Origin: Eledone cirrhosa
Taxonomy: Eukaryota
Length of the DNA: 64,000 nt
Reading direction: 5' to 3'
Assembly (NCBI GenBank): GCA_964016885.1
Contig: OZ024741.1
Span: 221,898,001-221,962,000, forward strand
Under the pieces are notes generated by a model, which did not search any database, was not told the origin of the DNA, and saw nothing but the letters and a program-made list of their open reading frames with translations. The position numbers were made by a program, and so were the translations under genes. Below are positions 53,001 to 63,229 of the stretch, one piece after another (the first letter of the stretch is position 1; every line of letters begins with the position of its first letter).

Positions 53001-53342
53001 CACTCGAGAAACCTCGTGGGATGCTAGCTAAATCTGCATGGATGTGGACTGTAAAGTGTTAAAATAGGAAATGCACATATATAGCTAAATCTGCAGCATG
53101 GGTGTGGACTGTAAAGTGTTAAAAGAGGAAATGCACATATATACCTATATATCAATGACTGTGTATAGATATTGATTTTGCGAATTGTTTCATAACATTT
53201 TAAAATAATTGGATGTAGAACTCCCTTGAAACGTGTGCAAGGAATTAAATATGATTTAAAAGATTTTTCTACCTATATACTTGTGTATGTGTATATACAC
53301 ACAGGTAATCAATGTGTGTATACATGTTTGGGACACCTGTAT

Positions 53343-53396
<54 letters not shown>

Positions 53397-53411
53397 GCAT
53401 ATACACATATT

Positions 53412-53467
<56 letters not shown>

Positions 53468-54449
53468 ATCATCAATATTAAACTGGAAGGTATGATGAAA
53501 AAGTATCTTAATTTACGTGTTTAGCCAACATGCTCAGATAGAAAATAATTAGTAAATAAAAACATTAATGAATAGCATGATATACAATAATAAAAGTATT
53601 AAATTAAATAATCTACATCATAGTAAACATCTCTGCCAAATTTCACTTAAAATTATAATCAATAAAGTTACGAAGGAACAGTTGATGGGTTGGGTGCACT
53701 AAACAATGATTATGTCTATTCCAATACATTTTGTTTTCCTATTTTTTTCGGATTAATTTGTATTGTTTCACCTCTTACGCAAATGATATTATATATATAT
53801 AGTGTTTATATGTAATGAAAATATTCCTTATATATTCTATCTAAATAATATATATATTGTCTTTATCTGTAAATAAAATCTATAAGCGTTTATATAGAGA
53901 TAAGGTACGTATTATATAATATATTGTTTACATGTAGATAAAAAGGGAATTATACAATGTATTATGTTTATATGTATATACGACGTCCCGCCAGGTTATA
54001 TACAGATTGTCGTGATAACAAAAGCATCGCAACACAATTCACTTCATTCATTAGAAACAGCATAAAAAATGTAGAGTAAAACACCAAAAACACAGAAAGG
54101 GTTATGGTTAGAATAGTCATATTATAATGAATACTATAATCATATTATAGCAAACATAATCATATTATAACGAATTATATAATTATACTATAACAAATAT
54201 TATATCTATATATTTTAAGCCAGAGTATAAATTTTATAACAGAAACAATATAAATATCAAACACGATCCTAATGCAGCAGAACTATAGGAATAAACGGCG
54301 GTTGCATTATATATATAAGAAGAACTGAAACTGGAAGGAGAAATATATTATTTCAAGTAAGAACATCTCAACACGCTACACGTGATGCCGAAATATTAAT
54401 TGAAACAAAAAATGAGATGTTGAAAATAAACATTGAAGATTCTACTCAC

Positions 54450-54503
54450 AACGATACCAATTTCGGGTTTTCCTTTTAAGGCGCCGTTCTTTGAGGATGC
54501 CAT
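54450..54503 (-). CDS. HPRT1: HPRT coding exon 1: MASSKNGALKGKPEIGIV
   Basis: ATG at 54503-54501, strong donor GTGAGT, phase 0 matching exon 2. The junction GIV|IKD parallels human GVV|ISD. The exon is short, so it is less certain than the others. Confidence 0.8.
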
Positions 54504-54722
54504 AATTAATTGCTGTTCAACACCAAGGTCCACGTCCACCTAGGTGTACTTTAACGAAGAAAATAATTGCCACACACTGATGTGTCCAGCACAGACACCA
54601 AAAACTAGGTTACTCTAATTCTAGAATTCTGCTGTTCACAACAATTTAGCGTTCGACAAATATATTCCGTTATCCGTTTGATACGTTATATTATTATGTA
54701 TACGTATTCTATCTCATTCTCT

Positions 54723-54990
54723 TATTCTCAACAAGTTAGCGCTTATTCAGGTGTTACATAATAATTCTTAGATATGTTTTTCAATTCAAATATTGTGAAG
54801 AATTACGCATTTGTCAAAATTATTTCTTTATTCAGACGTTACGTTATAGTAATATATACATATATATATATTCCTTTATTCTTAATAAGTTAGCCTTACA
54901 TCATATTCTTATATGTATTTTTAATTCCGATATTGTGAAGAATTTCGCATTCTCCAAAATGATTCTGCTATTCAGATGTTACCTTATAGC
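54723..54990. repeat. Diverged direct duplication of about 120 bp upstream of the HPRT start codon
   Basis: TATTCT.AA.AAGTTAGC...ATATTGTGAAGAATT.CGCATT...TATTCAGA.GTTAC.TTATAG at 54723-54849 and 54877-54990. Confidence 0.8.
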
Positions 54991-55564
54991 GTTTTATGTG
55001 TATATATGTGTGTGTGTTTGCGTGTTTGTGTGTGTGTGTGTATGACAGTAGCTTGGTGACATCCATCGTCCCCATACCAGTAATTATAGCGAGTCTGTGG
55101 TTGTATTTGCCGGAATGTGGTTTTGAAGGTCGAGTGTGGTTTTACTTTTCTTGTGCAATATGAGCCTGGTGTGTGAGGTCGTATGTTGGTTTATGTGCTA
55201 CGTTATCTTGAATTCGTGAACAGTTTGGGTCTGTTTTAGATGTATTTACGTTCTAGTTTAGGCAATGATGGTCTTAATTACGTATATGTATATCATACCT
55301 TGATACCATGTTGACTGAGTTTCCAGTTGAGAGGCCTCGTGTATAAAGGTCCCTTTGTGGGATCAGCTGTTATTGCATCTGTGTTCGTGGATAACTTTGG
55401 ATTAGGTAGATTTGTTTATATTCAAGTTAAGGCGATTGGCAGTTTAGTTTCACTTTTATATATATATATATATATATGTAAAAGTTCTATTTATATTGTT
55501 GGGATACAACAAGCAAATATTTTTATAACTGATATAAAGCACTCAACAAATATTTGGAGTAAAA

Positions 55565-55700
55565 ATACGATATTAACAAATGGAAACTATATTTATAAAA
55601 CCATATTTATTTCATTATACATATTTCAAGGACACTTGAAATATGTATAATGAAATAAATATGGTTTTATAAATATAGTTTCCATTTGTTAATATCGTAT
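55565..55700. repeat. Perfect hairpin, 66-bp arms with a 4-nt loop
   Basis: 55565-55630 is the exact reverse complement of 55635-55700. The right arm runs into (TA)n. A related single arm lies at about 61483-61548. Confidence 0.95.
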
Positions 55701-55713
55701 ATATATATATATA

Positions 55714-56048
55714 TCATCATCATCATTTTACGTCCGCTTTTCCCTGCTTGCAAGGGTGGGACGGTAACTGATTCTGGCTTGATTTCTACAGCTGGATGCC
55801 CTTCCTAACACCAACCTCATTTACAGTGAGTGCTGAGTGCTTTTTTGCCGTGGCACCTCTACGACCACTTTGCAGTGGAATGATATGGACCCCAGTCCCT
55901 ATCATCTCATTTCTACAGCTGAGTAAACTGGAGCAATGTGAAATAAAGTGTCTTGCTCAAGGAAACAACACATCACCCAGTCTGAGAATTGAACTCACAA
56001 CCTTTCGATTGCAAGGCCAATACTCTAACCACTAAGCCATGTGCCTCC
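55714..56048 (-). mobile_element. SINE family 1, full length
   Basis: Matches 14333-14672 and is flanked by (TA)n. Confidence 0.9.
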
Positions 56049-56233
56049 ATATATATATATATATATGGAAAAAATGAAACAAAATTTCATTTCTCATACA
56101 TATATATATATATATATATAATATATATATATATAATATATATATATATATTATATATATATATATAATATATATATATATATTATATATATATATAATA
56201 TATATATATATAATATATATATATAATATATAT

Positions 56234-56269
<36 letters not shown>

Positions 56270-56502
56270 GTAATAATAATAAAATTGAAGACTAAAATCC
56301 AGAGCGATTCTTTGCTTAAACTTTAATCTGTTATTTTAATAAATATATATATATATATATATATAAATATATATATAACAGCAGATTTATGTAATAAAGT
56401 ACATATATAAACACAATTTGATACATTGGTATAATTTAGAGATATATAAATAGTGAAGTTGTGATATTTCTCTTCCCAATAATGAAAAAGTTGTTTAGCT
56501 TC

Positions 56503-57075
56503 AGAGCATAAGAGGAATCAAATGCTGTGTGCAGGAGAGGCGGTTGCGCTGGTATGGTCATGTGATGCGTATGAAGGATGACAGCTGCATAAAAAGGTGC
56601 AGAGCACTAGAAGTTGATGGAAACCGCGGAGTGGGGAGACCCAAGATGACCTGGGATGAGGTGATAAAAGCCGACCTTACCCAATTACACCTCTCAAAGA
56701 CAATGACACACGACCGTGACTTCTGGCGTCACGCAGTAATACAGAGTACCCGACCTCCCATGGGTACAAGCTGAAGCATATAGACAATATGCCCCCACAC
56801 CTCCCACCGCAAGGTGGTCGTGGAGGTGCCACGGCAAAAAAGCACCCAGCCCACACTGTAAAGTGGACGTGTAGGCGCCACGAAAAAGCACCCAGCACTC
56901 ACTGTAAATGAGGTTGGTGTTAGGAAGGGCATCCAGCTGTAGAAATCAAGCCAGATCAGTTCCTGTATGAGCAAGGTATGGTCAGCCGACCAGACACTGC
57001 CCACAACAGGACAACCCGTCTAACCCATGCTAGCGTGGAAGAACGGACGTAAAACGGTGATGATGATGATGATGA

Positions 57076-57078
<3 letters not shown>
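56503..57078 (+). mobile_element. RTE LINE 3' end (long 3' UTR subfamily)
   Basis: QERRLRWYGHVMRM..GRPKMTW, then a UTR ending AACGGACGTAAAACGGT(GAT)n. Confidence 0.9.
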
Positions 57079-57149
<71 letters not shown>

Positions 57150-57282
57150 TAATAAATTTGAAGACTAAAATCCAAAGAGGGCTCAATAAGGATAAATATA
57201 TCAAATATATAAGAACCGTAGAGCAAATATTTATTAAAATAACAGATTAAAGTTTAAGCAAAGAATATATATATATATATTT

Positions 57283-58280
57283 AGGAATGAAAAATGGCGT
57301 GCTGCATTGTTGCGAATGTGATACATATGAATTAAAAAATAGAGCAAGAAGCCAGGACTATCCATCATCAGTGATCTTCTGGCCATTATAGGTATTTCTT
57401 CGCATTAAAGATCAGATATTTCAGGCCAGCGCGAACAATAACTAAAATAAGTTATTGGGATAAAAAGAATTAGGTGGAGAAAGAGAGACATCTAAACCAA
57501 CAAGAATGGTGAGGCAACGTAAAGAGTGGAAAAATGAGAAAACAAGTCAGTGATACATGTGAACATAAGATCTGGCGAATCATTGACGAGAAGACGAAAG
57601 ACTTATTTTAGTTATTGTTCGCGCTGGCCTGAGGTATCTGATTTTTATTGCGAAGAAATACCTATGATGGCTAGAAGATCACTGATGATGGATAGTCCTG
57701 ACTTCTTGCTCTATTTTTTTAATTCATATGTATCACATTCGCAACGACGCAGCACGCCATTTTTCATTCCTATATTTTTTCCCTTCGCTGTGACCTGTCT
57801 TTTTCTCTTCCCTTACTGCTATCCTTTTTTTCTCTCCTTATACCTCTTACTTTCATTCACTCCCTCTGCTAGTCACCCTCTCTCGGCTAGCCTCTTCGTC
57901 ACACTTTCACTCACTCACTCTCTGCTACTCACCCTCTCTCACTTCCTCCCGTCTGACATGTGTGAAATTCTTTTCTCGCTCACATTTCACATGGCTTGGA
58001 TGCGTCTTTCGTCTTCTCGTCAATGATTTGCTAGATCTTATGTTCACATGTATCACTGACTTGTTTTCTCATTTTTCCACTCTTTACGTTGCCTCACCAT
58101 TCTTGTTTGTTTACATGTCTCTCTTTCTCCACCCAATTCTTTTTATCCCAATAACATATTTTAGTTATTGTTCGCGTTGGCCTGAAATATCTGATCTTTA
58201 ATGCGAAGAAATACCTATAATGGCCAGAAGATCACTGATGATGGATAGTCCTGGCTTCTTGCTCTATTTTTTAATTCATA
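57283..58280. repeat. 553-bp-period direct repeat plus an inverted copy, carrying hammerhead motifs
   Basis: 57601-57725 recurs at about 58155-58280. 57283-57600 is an inverted copy of the unit junction. (TA)n lies on both sides. Confidence 0.9.
58176..58249 (+). ncRNA. Circularly permuted hammerhead ribozyme motif
   Basis: GAAA(58184)-TA-TC^TGATCTT...AAGATCA-CTGATGA(58235), with a perfect 7-bp stem I between the two core halves. An intact inverted copy lies at 57357-57430. Confidence 0.6.
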
Positions 58281-58467
58281 TATATACATATATATATATA
58301 TACGGGGTAACAAATAATTGTTATATGCAGTTCACTTAGGTGTAGTCCAGTTATGGTACTCCGGGTAGTGGATGATATCAACGCTTGGCTAAGTTTGACT
58401 CAACAAGGCGTTTCCATAGTGATGCTGTGAGTACGCTGTAATTCCTATGTTGTAAACACTTGGAGTA

Positions 58468-58896
58468 ATAATAAATCGGGAAAGAAGAGTGACACGGTTT
58501 GCTATACAAAAAAGGTTTTTAATCTCATTGCTGACAATTGTTTCTCTGAACTGGTAGGTCTAGAGATCGCTATCCGCTTATTATCACGTTACTTGATCGC
58601 CAATACAAAGTTATAACCAGTCAGTTCATCGGAGCTTGTGAGAATGAAGAGAATATAGTGCCGTCCCACACATGCACGCCACTGAGGATGCATGTGTGGG
58701 ACGGCACTATATTCTCTTCATTCTCGCAAGCTCCGATGAACTGACTGGTTATAACTTTGTATTGGCGATCGAGTAACGTGATAATAAGCGGATAGCGATC
58801 TTTAGACCTACCAGCTCAGAGAAACAATTGTCAGCAATGAGATTAAAAACCTTTTTGTATAGCAAACCGTGTCACTCTTCTTTCCCGATTTATTAT
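58468..58896. repeat. Fold-back with arms of about 208 bp and a 12-nt loop
   Basis: 58468-58676 is the inverse of 58689-58896 with only a few mismatches. Confidence 0.97.
58730..58835 (+). ncRNA. Type I hammerhead-like motif with long stem II (mirrored on the minus strand at about 58530-58635)
   Basis: GCT-CCGATGA-A-CTGACTGGT...ACCAGCTCAG-A-GAAAC AATT GTC^AGC. Stem III ACAATTGT is palindromic. The core has C in place of U4. Confidence 0.55.
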
Positions 58897-58901
58897 ATAT
58901 A

Positions 58902-60211
58902 CGAGGGGGGGATCAAAAAGTTCGCGGATTTTTATCGTAGTAAGAAAAAAATAGGTTAAAACAATATTAAACATGTCAGAACATTGTCACTGGGTGTTTA
59001 CCTTGCTATTAGTCACTTGCAGTCAGTCATGCGCGGAGTATTGTACAGTACTGACACACTTTAAAAAACCTCTTTTTGGAACAATGGAAAATAGTTATTT
59101 TGAGATAAGATCGAATATCAAGTTTCTGGTGAAACTCAAATGGAAAGGGACACAGATTATGGAGGCTTTAGTTAAAGTTTACGGTACTACTGCTCCAAAG
59201 AAAACTGCTGTCTACAAGTGGATTCAGCGATTCAAACAAGGGAGAGACGACCTTGAAGTCGACCATCGCAGTGGAAGACTAGGAACATCAAAGAATGACC
59301 AAAACGTTGAGGCTGCTCAGACTTTAATTGAAGATCAAAGAATAACAGTTAATCAGTTAGCTAAGCCCCTAGACATTTCACATGGTTCGGCAAATTCAAT
59401 TCTGCACGATAATTTGGGACTAAGCAAGCTTTCAGTGCGATGGGTCCCAAAAGCGTTGCACCCTGATCAGCTGATTCTTCGAAGTGATCTGTCTTTGGCG
59501 ATATTAAACAAAATTGAAGTTGATGAAGAGCATTTCCTGACCAGAATCATCACCGGAGATGAAACCTGGATCTACCAGTATGATGCTGAATCCAAACAGC
59601 AGTCAAAACAGTGGCTTCCACGTGGATCATCGGGGCCAATCAAGTTCAAATCTCAAAAGTCGGATAAAAAAGTGATGGCCACCATTTTCTGGGATTCAGA
59701 TGGGGTGATACTAATAGATTATCTTGAAGGTCAAAGAACTGTGACAGGAGCTTACTATGCAAATGTTTTAAGGAAACTGAAAGAGGCATTAGTCAAGAAA
59801 CGAAAAGGGAAACTTCATGGTGGGATCTTGTTTGACCATGACAATGCACCAGCGCATTCTGCGCGGGTTGCAAAAGAAGTTCTTCGAGAATTTCGATGGG
59901 AAGTGCTTCCTCACCCACCTTATAGTCCAGATTTAGCCCCATCAGACTTTTTCCTCTTTCCAAAACTCAAAGAAATGCTAAAAGGAACCCGTTTTAGTGG
60001 TGTTGAAGAAGCTAAAAACACTGCCAACACATGGCTTCGAACAAGGCCTTCAACTTTCTTTAGAGACGGCTTACGAAGCTGGAAGCATCGCCTTGTGAAG
60101 TGTATTGACCTGGATGGCAACTATGTAGAAACATAAATTGAAGGTAAATCATATTTTTTGAAAAATAGAATATTTTCTGAAAAATTCCGCAAACTTTTTG
60201 ATCCCCCCTCG
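58902..60211 (+). mobile_element. Full-length mariner transposon (1310 bp)
   Basis: TA flanks on both sides. TIRs CGAGGGGGG(G)ATCAAAAAGTT(C/T)GCGGA(T/A)TTTT. Confidence 0.97.
59084..60136 (+). CDS. Mariner DD34D transposase (350 aa)
   Basis: WVPK linker, TGDETW, HDNAPAH and YSPDLAPSD, with 34 residues between the last two catalytic Asp. The frame is uninterrupted. Confidence 0.93.
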   Translation: MENSYFEIRSNIKFLVKLKWKGTQIMEALVKVYGTTAPKKTAVYKWIQRFKQGRDDLEVDHRSGRLGTSKNDQNVEAAQTLIEDQRITVNQLAKPLDISHGSANSILHDNLGLSKLSVRWVPKALHPDQLILRSDLSLAILNKIEVDEEHFLTRIITGDETWIYQYDAESKQQSKQWLPRGSSGPIKFKSQKSDKKVMATIFWDSDGVILIDYLEGQRTVTGAYYANVLRKLKEALVKKRKGKLHGGILFDHDNAPAHSARVAKEVLREFRWEVLPHPPYSPDLAPSDFFLFPKLKEMLKGTRFSGVEEAKNTANTWLRTRPSTFFRDGLRSWKHRLVKCIDLDGNYVET

Positions 60212-60241
60212 TATATATATATATATATATAAATATATATA

Positions 60242-60425
60242 TCATCATCATCATCATCATTTTACGTCCGCTCTTCCCTGCTTGCAAGGGTGGGACGGGT
60301 CTTATTCAGCACAGCATCTCTCCACTTATCACGGTCCTTCGCCACCTCCACCGTGAGCTTCAGCGATCTGAGGTCTGTTCTCACCACTTCCGCCCATGTT
60401 TTTCGTGGTCTATCTCTACCACGTT
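60242..60425 (-). mobile_element. RTE LINE extreme 3' fragment (short-UTR subfamily)
   Basis: RPRKTWAEVVRTDLRSLKLT, then CCCGTCCCACCCTTGCAAGCAGGGAAGAGCGGACGTAAAAT(GAT)n. Confidence 0.9.
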
Positions 60426-60432
60426 TTCCTTT

Positions 60433-60493
<61 letters not shown>

Positions 60494-60507
60494 TATATAT
60501 ATATATA

Positions 60508-61395
60508 CGAGGCGTGTCAGAAAAGTTCCAGGATTGATGTCACAAAAGATTTATTTAAAACCCAAACTTCACACTAAGAGTTTTCTCCTTCAAAGTAATC
60601 CCCCTGGAATCTAATGCACTTTTCCATCCTTTTCTGCCATGTTTGCATGCACTCCTGGAAGGATTCTTCCTGGATCATCCGCAGTTCCGTCGTCACGGCC
60701 TTTTTGATGTCATCCACGTCTTCAAAACGGGTCCCCTCCAGGTCGTACTCGAAGATCCATGACTCATCACCGGTGATGACTGTCCCTAACAAGTCTGGTT
60801 CGGTTTCAAGGCGCTCGAGGATGTCCTGACACACTTGCATGCGTCGACCCTTCTGGTCATCGTTCAGCAGTTTTGGCACCATCTTCGCGCAGACTTTCCG
60901 CATGTCCAAATCTTCAGTGAGAATCTTCCAGACGCTGTCCCGATTCATGCCCAGCTCATTTGCCATCAGTCGAACAGTCAGCCGACGATCGCTATGCACC
61001 ATTTGCCTGACGCGCTCAACGTTGACCTCAGTCCTGGTTGTTGAGGGCCTTCCGCTCCTGGGGTCATCTTGCACCACTCAAAAACACGTGAGCGTGTCAT
61101 CGTCTCATCTCCATACACTTGCTACAGCAATCCCAGTGCTTCTGACGGAGTTTTCCCCAACCGTACCAGAAACTTCAAGTTTGTTCGTTGCTCTGTGCTC
61201 ATTGCTTGACGACCTGAAACAGAGGACATGTATATAAAATTATGAAGAAAAAAGTTTGATCGCTGCAGAGAGCTAAGATTACAGTTACATACTCCAGGGG
61301 GATTACTTTGAAGGAGAAAGCTCTTAATGTGAAGTTTGGGTTTGAAATAAATCTTTTGTAAATAAATCAGTCCTGGAACTTTTCTGACACACCTC

Positions 61396-61396
<1 letters not shown>
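60508..61396 (-). mobile_element. Internally deleted mariner (889 bp) with inverted termini of about 100 bp
   Basis: TA/(TA)n flanks, ends CGAGG(C/T)GTGTCAGAAAAGTTCCAGGA. Frames read EQRTNLKFLVRLGKT, DDPRSGRPST, KMVPK and TGDESWIFEYD fused directly to GTRFEDV. Confidence 0.93.
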
Positions 61397-61461
<65 letters not shown>

Positions 61462-62004
61462 CATATTTTTAATATGATATCCCTGAAATATATATAATGA
61501 AATAAATATGGTTTTATAAATATAATTTCCATTTATTTAATATCGTATATATATATATATATATTATAGTAATAATAATAACTTTGAAGACTAAAATCCA
61601 AAGAGAGTTCAATAAGGATAAATATATATCAAATATATAAGAACCGTTAAGGGTGAAAGCAGCGATTCTTTGCTTAAACTTTAATCTGTTATTTTAATAA
61701 ATATATATATATATATTATAGTAATAATAATAACTTTGAAGACTAAAATCCAAAGAGGGCTCGATAAGGATAAATATATATCAAATATATAAGAACCGTA
61801 GAGCAAATATTTATTAAAATAACAGATTAAAGTTTAAGTAAAGAATCGCTGCTTTCACCCTTAACGGGATCTTCTGAAACTAACAAAGTCAATCTGTAAA
61901 CGCAGAAGTGGATATTTCAAAAAACGTTGCAACCGGAGGAAGACAGGAAGACGATACTTTGGTTCGTGGTAACGTTCCCTGGCAAAGAACGGGACAAAAC
62001 GAAT

Positions 62005-62342
62005 ATAATTGTTTCTACTTTAGGCACAAGGCCAGCAATTACCCAGTGCATTACTGGTACTTTATTTTATCTACCCCGTAAGGATGAAAGGCAAAGTTAA
62101 CCTTGGCGGGATTTGAACCCAGATCGTAAAGGGACGTAACTATGCGTAACTATATAATTGTTTCTACTTTTGGCACAAGGCCAGCAATTACCCAGTGCAT
62201 TACTGGTACTTTATTTTATCGACCCCGTAAGGATGAAAGGCAAAGTCAACCTCGGCGGGATTTGAACTCAGATCGTAAAAGGGACGTAACTATGCTGGAA
62301 AGCATGGCGTCCGACCCTCTACCGATACTGCCAATCCACCGC
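62005..62342 (-). mobile_element. Tandem pair of SINE family 2 (one full copy, one 5'-truncated)
   Basis: 62005-62143 and 62155-62342 are near-identical over their shared part. Confidence 0.88.
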
Positions 62343-63229
62343 CCATGCGTAACTATATAATGCGTAACTATATAATACGTCATAAATAGGAGCGGTGAAA
62401 AACAATTACGCGCAAAGACAGAACCACGTTTATGGTATAAAAGTCGTAGACTAATGTTCACTTAAGTGGTTCATGGAGACGTTCTCTGGCAATGAACGGA
62501 AAAAACGAAGATAATACGTCATATGTGGAGCGTGGAGAACAATTGCACGCAAAGACAAAACTACGTAAATGGTAAAGCTGAAGTCGTAGACTAAAATTCT
62601 AACTAGGAAACCGAATGAATCTCCGCTACAGAGTTAAGAATAAAGTAAATAAAATACAATACAGAGGTTATAGAAATTAAATAAATACATACACGCATGC
62701 AAATACGTACATACACAAGCATACGTAAAAACACTTGCCATAGGTATACAAAACCACGCACATATAAATATGTGTGTGTGTGTGTGCGTGTATACAAATA
62801 AATAAATAATTAAATAAACGTATATAAATAAATAAATACGTATATAACAAGCGCACACACATACCTACATGTAAATACACAAATGTTCGGAGACGTAAGT
62901 CAACCAAAACATGAAGTACACATATACGCACACCCTACATACGTACGAACCTGCATACTCACACAGACGCAAAACTCCCGTATACACATAACCAAACCAT
63001 ATGTACCAGAATATATAAAAAAATTCTACGCCATAACATATACAATCAAATATACGCACGAGAAAGTATACGTACCTTCACAAAACATACAGGTAATATA
63101 TCCTTACCTATGCAAATAAGTAATGGTATAAACAAAACATATACTTAGCTACCACATCAAGACGTAAAATATCCACGTATAGATCGTACTATCCGTTAGG
63201 GTATAACGTGGGGCTGTAATACAGGAAAG

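Noticed and set aside
53226-53524. YIYIYI-type ORFs (also near 57000, 60400, 61400 and 62600-63100)
   Set aside because: Translations of (TA)n and (CA)n microsatellites.
58973-59083. 37-aa N-terminal extension of the mariner ORF suggesting a domesticated fusion
   Set aside because: It lies inside the TIR-bounded element and resembles no known domain. The ATG at 59084 gives a normal transposase length.
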